Part shown: piece after piece, positions 18,786-27,511 of the stretch | How positions within the stretch are numbered: the stretch's first letter is position 1 | Layout: the number at the start of each line of letters is the position of its first letter | NCBI GenBank assembly: GCA_001776785.1 | Contig: MFDF01000016.1 | Span: forward strand, 1-53,607 | DNA from: Candidatus Daviesbacteria bacterium RIFCSPHIGHO2_12_FULL_37_16 | GTDB taxonomy: Bacteria; Patescibacteriota; Microgenomatia; Daviesbacterales; UBA10151 | Length of the DNA stretch: 53,607 bases | Direction of reading: 5' to 3' | Notes under the pieces: generated by a model | Database searches by the model: none | Told to the model about the DNA's origin: nothing | Seen by the model: the letters and a program-made list of their open reading frames with translations, nothing else | Program-made: the position numbers and the translations under genes

Positions 18786-18866
18786 ACTATCCCGAAGCAG
18801 AGCTGACGGGTATCAAAACAAGTTCTTGTCATAGGAATTTGTTACCGCGCAGCAAGCTGCTCGGTA
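18786..18866. repeat. Pair of REP-like palindromes (TACCG-GCAGC-AA-GCTGC-CGGTA type)
   Basis: actatcccgaagcagagctgacgggtatc (18786-18814) and taccgcgcagcaagctgctcggta (18843-18866). Confidence 0.65.
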
Positions 18867-18887
18867 TTATGTGACAATAAAGTAAAT

Positions 18888-19421
18888 ATGTCGACAATCC
18901 GTTTTCGCGCTCCCCTGTTAAAAATTGGCTCTTGGATCCTGCTTAGACTGCCTAAGAGCGAAAGCGCGAAGCTTCCATCAAAGGGCATGGTAATGGTTAA
19001 TGGAAACTTAAATAATTCCTCATTTCAAGCCCCGCTCGAACCAGATGGTAAGGGCAGCCACTGGTTAAAAGTTGATGAATCCATGCAGAAAGCTGCTAAA
19101 GCAGATGTTGGTGACACTGTTAAACTAGAAATTGAACCAACAAAGCAGTGGCCAGAACCTGTGGTGCCAAAAGATTTGAAAGAGGCTCTTGCAGCTGCCC
19201 CACAAGCACATAAACTCTGGATGGATATCACGCCAATGGCGCGCTGGGACTGGATCCGCTGGATAGGTGCAACAAAAAACCCGGAAACACGTAAGCGGCG
19301 GATCGATGTGACATTCTCAAAGTTTAAGGCCGGAAAACGGAGGCCTTGTTGTTTTAACCGTACCCAATGTACTGTACCCGATGTATCGAATAATGGGGTT
19401 CTCCTCGAGCCGAAGGTTTAG
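18888..19421 (+). CDS. DUF1905 + YdeI/OmpD-associated domain protein
   Basis: LPSKGMVMVNG...PDGKGSHW; VPKDLKEAL...WIRWIGATKNPETRKRRI. Confidence 0.85.
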   Translation: MSTIRFRAPLLKIGSWILLRLPKSESAKLPSKGMVMVNGNLNNSSFQAPLEPDGKGSHWLKVDESMQKAAKADVGDTVKLEIEPTKQWPEPVVPKDLKEALAAAPQAHKLWMDITPMARWDWIRWIGATKNPETRKRRIDVTFSKFKAGKRRPCCFNRTQCTVPDVSNNGVLLEPKV

Positions 19422-19563
19422 CAGAAATTATGGATGAGTCTGCCTATGTTTATAAACTAGATATAAGGAATGAGTCAGAGGATCCAGTATTGGTATTCCC
19501 AAGAGAAAAATATGCGAGAGCATCTGGGTTATATTGGGTACCAAATTTGAGTGAGCTGGTTAA

Positions 19564-21012
19564 TTAGGCTATGGTTTTCCAGAATTTATTTAAAAGGGTA
19601 AGGACTTTTAATAAATAATTATTTGTTTGTGCGGGAGTTTCTTTGACCTCAGTTATGAATTCAAAAGGTTCTGAATCAAACTGTTTGCCTCCAGAATAAA
19701 GATTTAAAACTGTTTTGTATGAACCTGACTGCGGCGCTTTTAGGACTATTTCAAAGGTGTAGGTTTGGCCTGGCTCAATTTTTGTGTCTGCAGGGATTTT
19801 TACAGAAAGTAAGCCTAACTCTTTTGAGCCTTCCTGGACAAATAACTGGACATTGTCATACTCATTCCAGATAGACTGGCCTGTGTTTTTAAAAGTTAAG
19901 AGGATTTGATAGGTTTCCCCTGAAACCACTGTTTTATATATCTCACCCTTATTAAGCTCTGCTTTATTTTCCTGGATGGGTCTTCCAGACTGTTTTGGGA
20001 TAGACTGCAAGGCAAAATAGTGGGGGTGGAATCCTACATCTTCCTGTGTGGTAAAAGAAAAATGGTCAAAGGGGTAGGACTGGTAGTTTAATAAAAATGG
20101 GGTGACAGTAATAATTTGAGGGGTGTTCCAGGCATCTGCAAAAGCTTCTTTATAGTATTGCCCTATTGTTTCAGGGGAGGGAAGTGAGTTATCTATCTTA
20201 TCTCCTTGTGAGTGCTTCCAGCCTGTTTCTGTAATAAAGACAGGTAAATTTTTAGTGACCCCAAGCTTTTTTAGGGTATCCAGTTCCCACTGCCAGGTTC
20301 TAACAGTACCTCTGCCTTTGTCAGCGGGCTTACCTAAGAAGCCAGGGTTAGGGTAGGAGTGGGAGACCCAGCCATCAAGTTTATCAAATATTCCAGGGAC
20401 TGATTGATTCATTTCATTTAAATAAGTTTCTTCATTATAGTAGGCTGGAGTTTTTTGGGGAGCTGAAGCATCAAGACCTGCATTTAGGACAAAAAAATCT
20501 GGATTTTTCTTTTTTAGGGCATCAATAGTTTTATCCAAAACTTTTGCATATTCCTCAGGGTCAGCAGAACCGCCCCATTCAGTAGCATGGTTGGGTTCAT
20601 TATAGATGGTGACATACCTTAATTTTGTGGGCCAATTAAGAGAATCCAGAAAATCTGCCCAGGCAGTCTCTTCACCCTCATAGGGTTTTTTCCAGGTATC
20701 CCCATCAGGTGAGGTAGCTAACCTGACTATGGGGATTAAGTGGTAGTTTCTTAATTTATCAAAGAATTTCTGCCATTTTAACTGGTCCCTGCTGTAGCTT
20801 TCTATAATGATTGTGACATAGCCCCAATCTCCACCTGAGGAGTTAACAAGCTCCTTTGCAGAATCTATCTCTTTGTCATTAGTTGTGATAATGTGGATGC
20901 CATATTTATTATTTGGAACTGAGGCAGGGTCAGTGATTGCCCAGGCAGTTGAGGGTAATGTTATAAAGAATATGAGGGTGAACCACCAAAACATCAGTAA
21001 AAACTTTAACAT
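19564..21012 (-). CDS. Secreted clan GH-A glycoside hydrolase with C-terminal Ig-like (NBR1-like) domain
   Basis: NEPN acid/base, SHSYP, VFITETGW nucleophile; FKNTGQSIW...IEPGQTYTF..KAP. Confidence 0.8.
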   Translation of the reverse strand: MLKFLLMFWWFTLIFFITLPSTAWAITDPASVPNNKYGIHIITTNDKEIDSAKELVNSSGGDWGYVTIIIESYSRDQLKWQKFFDKLRNYHLIPIVRLATSPDGDTWKKPYEGEETAWADFLDSLNWPTKLRYVTIYNEPNHATEWGGSADPEEYAKVLDKTIDALKKKNPDFFVLNAGLDASAPQKTPAYYNEETYLNEMNQSVPGIFDKLDGWVSHSYPNPGFLGKPADKGRGTVRTWQWELDTLKKLGVTKNLPVFITETGWKHSQGDKIDNSLPSPETIGQYYKEAFADAWNTPQIITVTPFLLNYQSYPFDHFSFTTQEDVGFHPHYFALQSIPKQSGRPIQENKAELNKGEIYKTVVSGETYQILLTFKNTGQSIWNEYDNVQLFVQEGSKELGLLSVKIPADTKIEPGQTYTFEIVLKAPQSGSYKTVLNLYSGGKQFDSEPFEFITEVKETPAQTNNYLLKVLTLLNKFWKTIA

Positions 21013-21021
21013 TGGTATGGG

Positions 21022-21042
21022 TCGAAGTCATTTAGACTTCGA
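21022..21042. promoter_or_regulatory. Perfect 8-bp inverted repeat between divergent genes
   Basis: TCGAAGTC-ATTTA-GACTTCGA. Confidence 0.5.
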
Positions 21043-21078
21043 AAACATCATGGAAAATAGATTTTACCACATTATTAC

Positions 21079-21108
21079 TTGACTTCGGGTATTGTTTGGG
21101 TTAATAAT
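21079..21108 (+). promoter_or_regulatory. Sigma70-like promoter overlapped by direct repeat TTCGG-N6-TTTGG (candidate LexA box)
   Basis: TTGACT 21079-21084, TTCGG 21084-21088, TTTGG 21095-21099, TAATAAT 21102-21108; upstream of the dinB cassette. Confidence 0.6.
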
Positions 21109-21119
21109 GATAGTCTGCA

Positions 21120-21365
21120 ATGTTAGAACTTTCTGAGTCAATCAATGTCTGGGCACTTTTTGAAAAAGCTTCTGTCAGGCCCTTTGTTTTTATCTGGAAT
21201 AATAGAAAGATAAAGATAGAAACTATTAACTTTGTCCACACAACCCATGAGGGAAGTGCTTTGATTTACCATTTTTCTGTTTCTGCAGGAGGTAATTTCT
21301 ATAAATTGGGGTTTGACTGCTCCAACCTAAAGTGGATTTTGGAAGCAGTAGAAGACGATAGCTGA
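21120..21365 (+). CDS. Small beta-rich protein preceding DinB (DUF6504-like)
   Basis: P..F.WNNRKIKI...YHFSV...YKL.FD..NLKWIL pattern; adjacent to dinB. Confidence 0.75.
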   Translation: MLELSESINVWALFEKASVRPFVFIWNNRKIKIETINFVHTTHEGSALIYHFSVSAGGNFYKLGFDCSNLKWILEAVEDDS

Positions 21366-21447
21366 CCGACTACAGACTTCCGACTATAGCAAGACAGTTT
21401 TGCGGTAGACCTGCCTGTCCGGCAGGCAGGCCGTAGACGGTAGTCAG
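21362..21447. repeat. Inverted heptamer-repeat element with nested CCTGCCTGTCCGGCAGGCAGG palindrome
   Basis: Left arm ctgaccgactacagacttccgactat; right arm ggtagac[insert]cgtagacggtagtcag. Confidence 0.7.
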
Positions 21448-21456
21448 AAAGCATTT

Positions 21457-22872
21457 ATGCGCACAATTCTTCACATTGACTTTAACTCATACTTTGCCAC
21501 TGTAGAGCAGCAGGCTAACCCAAGGCTTAGGGGTAAACCTGTTGGGGTAACAGGAGGAGACAGGTTCAAGAGGACTGTTTTAGGGGCTGCTTCTGTTGAA
21601 GCAAAAAAGTTTGGGGTTAAAACCGGGATGAGGATTCCTGAGGCTTTAAAGCTTTGTCCCAGGCTTATCTTAGTTAAAGGAGACAGCTATAAATATTTAG
21701 AGTCTACAAAAAGGTTTTTAAATATTTTAAAGGACTATTCACCATATGTAGAAGTTTTTTCTATTGATGAGGTGTTTTTAGAATTAAGGAATTTTTCTTG
21801 GGGTCCTGTCAGGTCGCAGCCCCAAAAATGTCCTCGCTCATTACCATTCGCTGCGGGCAGTTTTTGGGGCGCCCCGCTTCCTGCCACCCCTGCGAAAAAC
21901 TATCCTCTGTCGCCTCTTGAAACCGCCTTAGATATTAAAAGAAGAATTAGTGAGGAGGTTGGGGAGTGGGTTAAGTGCTCTATTGGGATTTCCTATAACA
22001 GGAGGATGGCAAAATTGGCAGGCAGTTTGTACAAACCTGATGGGCTGGTGGTTATAGCAGACGAGGAAGGTGCAAGGTTTATATTAGACAGGGTTGAGCT
22101 GGATGAGATATGCGGGATTGGGTTTGCAATTAAAAAAAGGCTTAATAATATGGGGGTGTTTAGTTTTAAAGACCTAAGGAAAGTACCTCTTGAAGCCTTA
22201 CTGGCCTCTTTCAAGAGCTATGGGAAGGTTTTATTTGATTTATCCAGGGGGATTGATGAGACTTCTGTTCTGCCTTTTTATGAAAAGGAGGAGGTAAAGT
22301 CTGTTGGGCACAGATACACCATTGACCATGATACTAAAGATTTAGCAGAAATTAAGCAGGTTTTATTAAAATTAGTTGAACTTATAGCTAAAAGATTAAG
22401 AACTAAAAAGTTAGTTGGAAAAACTGTTAGTATTTGGGTAAGAAATGCATTTAAGCCCCACCTCCGAGGTGAAGTCATTGCTAAACCTGTTGCACACCTC
22501 GGAGGTGAATTTGCTCACCCCAGGGGTGAGCTTGGTGGGGGTGGATTCCAAGGGGCAGGGATGCAGGCTACTATTGCTTTTACAGACTCTGGTATGGAGA
22601 TATTTAATGGGGCCTGGAAAAGTTTTTTAAAGATTTGGGATGGGAGTGAAATCAGGATGGTGGGAGTGTCTGTTTCAAATTTAAAGCCTAAAAATCCTGA
22701 GAATCTAACATTTTTAGAGGATAAGCTAAGGATTGAAAAATTAACTAAAATTATGGATGAAGTTAATAACAGGTATGGGGATTTTACCCTTCAGAGAGGG
22801 GTACTTTTGGGATCCAGGAAAGTAAAAAGAATGCCAAACCCGTTCTTAGCAGATTACAGGTTTAAGATCTAA
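21457..22872 (+). CDS. dinB: Y-family DNA polymerase IV
   Basis: HIDFNSYFATVEQ, ASVEAKKFGVKTGM, FSIDEVFL, AKLA..LYKPDG, little-finger IRMVGVSVSNL; two in-frame inserts. Confidence 0.95.
   Translation: MRTILHIDFNSYFATVEQQANPRLRGKPVGVTGGDRFKRTVLGAASVEAKKFGVKTGMRIPEALKLCPRLILVKGDSYKYLESTKRFLNILKDYSPYVEVFSIDEVFLELRNFSWGPVRSQPQKCPRSLPFAAGSFWGAPLPATPAKNYPLSPLETALDIKRRISEEVGEWVKCSIGISYNRRMAKLAGSLYKPDGLVVIADEEGARFILDRVELDEICGIGFAIKKRLNNMGVFSFKDLRKVPLEALLASFKSYGKVLFDLSRGIDETSVLPFYEKEEVKSVGHRYTIDHDTKDLAEIKQVLLKLVELIAKRLRTKKLVGKTVSIWVRNAFKPHLRGEVIAKPVAHLGGEFAHPRGELGGGGFQGAGMQATIAFTDSGMEIFNGAWKSFLKIWDGSEIRMVGVSVSNLKPKNPENLTFLEDKLRIEKLTKIMDEVNNRYGDFTLQRGVLLGSRKVKRMPNPFLADYRFKI
21792..21899. repeat. 108-bp imperfect hairpin inserted in frame in dinB
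   Basis: Nested pairs TTTTTC/GAAAAA, GGGGT/ACCCC, CAGG/CCTG, GCCCCAAAAA/TTTTTGGGGC, TGTCC/GGGCA. Confidence 0.85.
22459..22531. repeat. Three 13-bp REP-like palindromes inside dinB
   Basis: CACCTCCGAGGTG 22459-22471, CACCTCGGAGGTG 22495-22507, CACCCCAGGGGTG 22516-22528. Confidence 0.88.
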
Positions 22873-22967
22873 GGAGAGCGGCAGCTTAATTACATATTTA
22901 TTACAAAGTTGCCTATTTAATTCTTACTTTAGATACATAAGATTTTGTTAAGGAGGTGATTAAAAGA

Positions 22968-23138
22968 ATGGGAGATTTATACTGGGTCTGCCCCACATGT
23001 GGAGAAGAAGCCTCTGATGAAGCAGATAGAATTTTACATCTTAGGCAAACTTTCTATGATTTAGACCATGTCAGGGAACAGGAACTTTTATATGGAAATG
23101 ACATAGAACTTTTTGAAAACCAGAATTTGTATTCTTAA
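22968..23138 (+). CDS. Small protein with CxxC...H (zinc-finger-like)
   Basis: Strong SD AAGGAGGTGA before ATG 22968; CPTCG...HL....H. Confidence 0.65.
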   Translation: MGDLYWVCPTCGEEASDEADRILHLRQTFYDLDHVREQELLYGNDIELFENQNLYS

Positions 23139-23162
23139 AAAAACTGCCATATACTAGTTACA

Positions 23163-24110
23163 ATGAAGATTGTTGTAACCGGTGGAGCCGGGTTTTTAGG
23201 TTCACACCTTTGTGACAGGCTAATTAACTCGGGCCATGAAGTTGTAGCTTTAGATAACCTTTCAACTGGGTCTAAAGAAAATATTATGCACCTTTTAGAT
23301 AACCCCAACTTTGAATTCATTCAAATAGATTTATCAGAAAAACTTCCTGAAGATTTAAAGGCTGCACAAATCTATCATTTGGCTTCTCCTGCCTCACCAA
23401 ATGAAGACAGTCCAAAGTCTTACCACAAGTTAGCTTTTGAAACTATGCAGGTTAATACTTTGGGGACCTGGAATATGTGTGAGTTAGCCCAAAAATTGGG
23501 TGCTAAAATTTTATTTACTTCCACTTCTGAAATTTATGGTGAACCTTTGGAACATCCCCAAAAGGAAAGCTATAGAGGAAATGTTTCTACCACAGGACCA
23601 AGGTCTGTATATGATGAATCAAAAAGGTTTGGGGAAACTATAGTAGCTGCTTTTGAGAGATCAAAGGATGTTGATGGAAGAATTGTCAGGATTTTTAACA
23701 CTTATGGACCAAGGATGGATGAAGATGATGGCAGAGTAGTGGTTGAGTTTATTACTGCAGCTTTAAGAAATGAGCCATTTCCAGTCTTTGGGGATGGGGA
23801 GCAAACCCGCTCATTTTGTTATGTTTCTGACTTAATAGAGGGGTTAGTTTTAGCTATGAATACTGAAAATACCAGAGGAGAGGTAATAAATTTGGGAAAT
23901 CCTGATGAATATACTATAAAAGAGCTTGCCCAAAAAATTAAGGAACTAACTGAGTCTGAGTCTGAGATGGTGTTTGAAGGGGAGAGGCCTGAGGATGACC
24001 CATCACAAAGATGTCCTGATATCTCAAAAGCAAAAGAGCTACTTGGTTGGGAACCTAAGATACCTATTGATGAGGGCCTGGAAGAGACTATAAAGTATTT
24101 TAGGAATTAA
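23163..24110 (+). CDS. UDP-glucuronate decarboxylase-like NAD-dependent epimerase/dehydratase
   Basis: TGGAGFLGSHL, HLASPASP, STSEIYG, YDESKR, RIFNTYGPRM, QTRSFCYV. Confidence 0.93.
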   Translation: MKIVVTGGAGFLGSHLCDRLINSGHEVVALDNLSTGSKENIMHLLDNPNFEFIQIDLSEKLPEDLKAAQIYHLASPASPNEDSPKSYHKLAFETMQVNTLGTWNMCELAQKLGAKILFTSTSEIYGEPLEHPQKESYRGNVSTTGPRSVYDESKRFGETIVAAFERSKDVDGRIVRIFNTYGPRMDEDDGRVVVEFITAALRNEPFPVFGDGEQTRSFCYVSDLIEGLVLAMNTENTRGEVINLGNPDEYTIKELAQKIKELTESESEMVFEGERPEDDPSQRCPDISKAKELLGWEPKIPIDEGLEETIKYFRN

Positions 24111-26535
24111 TTTTTTGTTCTGCGCTATAAATTTTAGGGATTGTTTCTAACAATGAGTCTGGGTTTAGTGAAATACTGTCAATTCCTGCTTCAACTAAAA
24201 ATTTAGAAAACTCAGGATAATCAGAGGGGGCTTGTCCGCAAATTCCAATGTATTTTTGTTTGGACTTGCAGACTTTGATGACCTCCCTTATTAAATCTTT
24301 TACTGAATCATCATTTTCGTTACTTATATTTTTAATCCTTTCATTACCATCACGGTCTATGCCTAAGGTTAGCTGAGTGAGGTCATTTGAGCCTATGCTC
24401 ATGCCATCAAAGACCTCCAGGAATTTTTCAGCCAAAATTACATTTGAAGGGATTTCACACATGACATAGACTTTAAGGGTTGGGTCTTTTTTGCGGGAAA
24501 GCCCCGAAGACTCCATAATTTCTATGACTTTTCTACCTTCCTCTACAGTCCTGCAGAAAGGGACCATAACTACAATATTTTTAAGGCCAATTTCTTCCCT
24601 TACCTTTTTTATGGCTTTTAGCTCAAGTTTGAAGGCTTCTATAAAGGCAGGGTGGTAGTAACGGGAAGCGCCTCTCCAGCCAATCATTGGGTTTTCCTCT
24701 TCAGGCTCATAATATTGCCCTCCAAGAAGGGACCTATATTCATTAGTTTTAAAGTCAGACAGCCTGACTATAACAGGGTTTGGATAAAAAGATGCTCCAA
24801 TCCTGGAGATGCCATAGGCTAAATTATCTATATAGTAGTTAAGTTTATTTTTGTAACCTTTGGTAATTTTGAAAATCTTATTTTTAAGGGCAGGTTCAAG
24901 CTGTTTAAAATTTATTAAAGCCATTGGGTGAATCCCAATTGAGGCAATTATGAACTCTTCACGGGCCAGGCCCACTCCTGAGTTGGGATAAAAGGATTTT
25001 TCAAAGGCAGTTTCAGGAGTGGCAATATTGATCATGACTCTTGTGTTAGTTTTTGGGAGTTTTCTAATATCTTTTTGGATTACTTTAAACTTGATCTCAC
25101 CTTCAAAAATTATTCCCTCTGAACCTGTGGTATCTACTGTTATTAAAGTGCCATTTTTTAATTTTTTGGTAGCATCAGAGCATCCCACTACTGCAGGAAT
25201 CCCAAGCTCCCTTGAGACAATGGCTGCATGTGAGGTCCTGCCTCCCTTATCAGTGACTATGGCTGAGGCCATTTTCATGATTGGCTCCCAGTCAGGGTCT
25301 GTAATGTCTGTTACCAGAATTTCACCCTTTTGAAAACTGCCAATGTCTTTAACATCCATGATGATCCTGACTTTGCCTGATACAATTTTTTCTCCAACTG
25401 AGGCTCCTTTGATAAGAATTTGTCCTGAACCCTGCCTTTGGTACTGCTTTACAAGGTAGAGATCCCTTTCAGAATGGATAGTCTCAGGGCGGGCCTGGAC
25501 TATGTAAAGGTCACCATCTTGTCCATCTTTTGCCCATTCTATATCCATAGGAGTCCATTTGCCTGACTTTTGGGTGTAGTGGTCTTCAATTTCAACTGCC
25601 CATTTTGAAAGTTTTAATATTTCTTCATCTGTCAGGACAAAGCTATCACGCTCAGGTTCAGAGTTTTGAATAACTTTAGTGGGATTTTGGTCTGAGTAGA
25701 CCATTTTTTCTAATTTTGCTCCTAATTTTTTGCTGATAATTGGAGAGAAGTGGGATTTTTTAAGAAGCCTTTTTAAGGGATGGGAGGTTTTTTCTTTCCC
25801 GAGTGTTTTTTTAAAGACAACAAATTCATCTGGGGTAACTGAACCCTGGACAACCATCTCACCAAGTCCATATGAACCATTTATCAAAACTATATCTTTA
25901 AAGCCTGTTTCAGTGTCCAATGTGAACATGATACCTGAGCAGGCAAGGTCTGAGCGGACCATTTTTTGGACTCCAACAGAAAGTGAGATCTTAAAGTGGT
26001 CAAAGCCTTTATCTGCCCTGTAGGAGATTGCCCTGTCATTAAAGAGTGAGGCCATGGCTTTTTTGATGGCCTCTAAAAGGTTTTGTTCTCCTTTTATATT
26101 TAGGAAAGTTTCATGCTGGCCTGCAAATGAGGCACCAGGCAGGTCTTCTGCTGTGGCTGAAGAACGTACAGCAAAAGTAGAATTAGATCCATATTCTTTT
26201 TGGATTTGTTTATAGGAATTTAAGATTTCCAGTTTTAAATCTTCAGGAAAGGTAGATTCTACTATTTTATCCCTGACTGTTTTGGCTTTTCTGGTCAGGC
26301 TTCCCAGGTCTTTTACTTTTAAATCTTTTAAAGTATCTTTAATGAAATATTTTAACCCTGTTTTATCAAGGAAGTGCTGATAGGCTGAGGCTGTGACCAC
26401 AAAGCCTCCAGGGACCTTTATATCCTTTTTGGAAAGGGCCTGGATCATTTCCCCAAGCGAGGCATTTTTCCCGCCCACTTCTGACAAGTTTGAGAGGTTT
26501 ACTTCTGAAAGTTTCTTTGTGAAGGAGTTGGGCAT
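24100..26535 (-). CDS. ppsA: Phosphoenolpyruvate synthase
   Basis: VGGKNASLGEM, AVRSSATAEDLP.ASFAGQ, GGRTSHAAIVSRE, SIGSNDLTQ, GICGQAPSD. Confidence 0.97.
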   Translation of the reverse strand: MPNSFTKKLSEVNLSNLSEVGGKNASLGEMIQALSKKDIKVPGGFVVTASAYQHFLDKTGLKYFIKDTLKDLKVKDLGSLTRKAKTVRDKIVESTFPEDLKLEILNSYKQIQKEYGSNSTFAVRSSATAEDLPGASFAGQHETFLNIKGEQNLLEAIKKAMASLFNDRAISYRADKGFDHFKISLSVGVQKMVRSDLACSGIMFTLDTETGFKDIVLINGSYGLGEMVVQGSVTPDEFVVFKKTLGKEKTSHPLKRLLKKSHFSPIISKKLGAKLEKMVYSDQNPTKVIQNSEPERDSFVLTDEEILKLSKWAVEIEDHYTQKSGKWTPMDIEWAKDGQDGDLYIVQARPETIHSERDLYLVKQYQRQGSGQILIKGASVGEKIVSGKVRIIMDVKDIGSFQKGEILVTDITDPDWEPIMKMASAIVTDKGGRTSHAAIVSRELGIPAVVGCSDATKKLKNGTLITVDTTGSEGIIFEGEIKFKVIQKDIRKLPKTNTRVMINIATPETAFEKSFYPNSGVGLAREEFIIASIGIHPMALINFKQLEPALKNKIFKITKGYKNKLNYYIDNLAYGISRIGASFYPNPVIVRLSDFKTNEYRSLLGGQYYEPEEENPMIGWRGASRYYHPAFIEAFKLELKAIKKVREEIGLKNIVVMVPFCRTVEEGRKVIEIMESSGLSRKKDPTLKVYVMCEIPSNVILAEKFLEVFDGMSIGSNDLTQLTLGIDRDGNERIKNISNENDDSVKDLIREVIKVCKSKQKYIGICGQAPSDYPEFSKFLVEAGIDSISLNPDSLLETIPKIYSAEQKINS

Positions 26536-26619
26536 TAAATTAATAGTAACAGAAAAGTGTTAAGTTAATCCAGAAATTATGACTTTAGCTTTAAAATTGA
26601 TATAATAGCTTGTGCATCC

Positions 26620-26693
26620 GCCCCCATAGCTCAGTGGATTAGAGCGGGACGGTTCTAACGTCAAGGTCGGGGGTTCGAATCCCTCTGGGGGTG
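26620..26693 (+). tRNA. tRNA-Arg(TCT)
   Basis: GCCCCCA TAGCTCAGTGGATTAGAGC ... GACG-GTTCTAA-CGTC ... GGGGG TTCGAAT CCCTC TGGGGGT G. Confidence 0.92.
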
Positions 26694-26695
26694 CA

Positions 26696-26731
26696 AGATT
26701 TAAATTTCGGATTCATTCGGGATTTAAATCT
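26696..26731. terminator. Inverted repeat right after tRNA-Arg
   Basis: AGATTTAAAT...ATTTAAATCT arms. Confidence 0.5.
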
Positions 26732-26768
26732 TTCTCCTCGTTTGGAATTCTAAACTAATCTCTGATTT

Positions 26769-26825
26769 GGTTCGTTAATCCGAAGGATTAGGACATATCC
26801 CTCTGGGGGTGCTCACTCTGGGGGT
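26769..26825 (+). repeat. Two duplicates of the tRNA-Arg 3' end, the first with a hairpin in the T-loop
   Basis: ggttcg[ttaatccgaaggattaggacat]atccctctgggggtgc (to 26812), then ctctgggggt 26816-26825. Confidence 0.8.
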
Positions 26826-26868
26826 ACAAATTTGACAAGAGTTATATCTATTTGTTAATGTATTTTTG

Positions 26869-27510
26869 ATGCAAAAAAGTATTATTGCCCTTATTCTTTT
26901 CGCACTCTTCTTAATACCTTTGTACCCTGTATATGCTCAAAGCATTGCAACTCCGGCTGCAGGCAAACCTACTACAGCAATCCAGAGAGCACAACTTCTA
27001 AAAAATAACCTTCAGGCTAGCCCGGGCACAGTTGGGGATAAGATTGCCTCAAAGGGAGCTCAGCTTAAAGAAAAACTCCTTAGATTCAGGGACCAAAGAA
27101 AAGCCAAGCTTGCAGAAAAAATAAATGACAATTTAAATAAGATAAATGAAAGAAGAACTAACCAGATGATGGACCATGTTTCTAAGCTTTCAAATATTTT
27201 ATCAAGGCTTGATGAAAGAGTAAGCAATGCAGAAGCAAATGGTAAAGATATGAGCAGCGCAAATGCTGCAATAGCTGATGCAAATGCAAAAATTGCATCT
27301 GCTGAGGCTTCTGTAAGTGCACAAAAACTAAAGGATTATACAATAGAGGCAACATCTGAGGCTACAATAAAAGCTGATGCAGCTGCTATGAGAAATAAAC
27401 TTCACGATGATTTACAATCAGTGCATAATTTAATTGTTACTGCAAGACAGGCTGTAGCAAATGCTATTTCAACTGCAGTATCCAGTGCAAAGGGAGGAGG
27501 CACACCATAA
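26869..27510 (+). CDS. Secreted helical/coiled-coil hypothetical protein
   Basis: Signal peptide, Ala/Lys-rich helices; TTGACA...TAATGT promoter ending 7 nt before ATG 26869. Confidence 0.85.
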   Translation: MQKSIIALILFALFLIPLYPVYAQSIATPAAGKPTTAIQRAQLLKNNLQASPGTVGDKIASKGAQLKEKLLRFRDQRKAKLAEKINDNLNKINERRTNQMMDHVSKLSNILSRLDERVSNAEANGKDMSSANAAIADANAKIASAEASVSAQKLKDYTIEATSEATIKADAAAMRNKLHDDLQSVHNLIVTARQAVANAISTAVSSAKGGGTP

Positions 27511-27511
27511 T

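Noticed and set aside
21792-21899. Intein, intron or integron attC in dinB
   Set aside because: Too short, no Cys/Ser...His-Asn intein ends, no RYYYAAC/GTTRRRY boxes and no integron integrase
26709-26723. TTCGG-N5-TTCGG as a LexA box
   Set aside because: Spacing differs from the dinB site and it lies inside a post-tRNA hairpin
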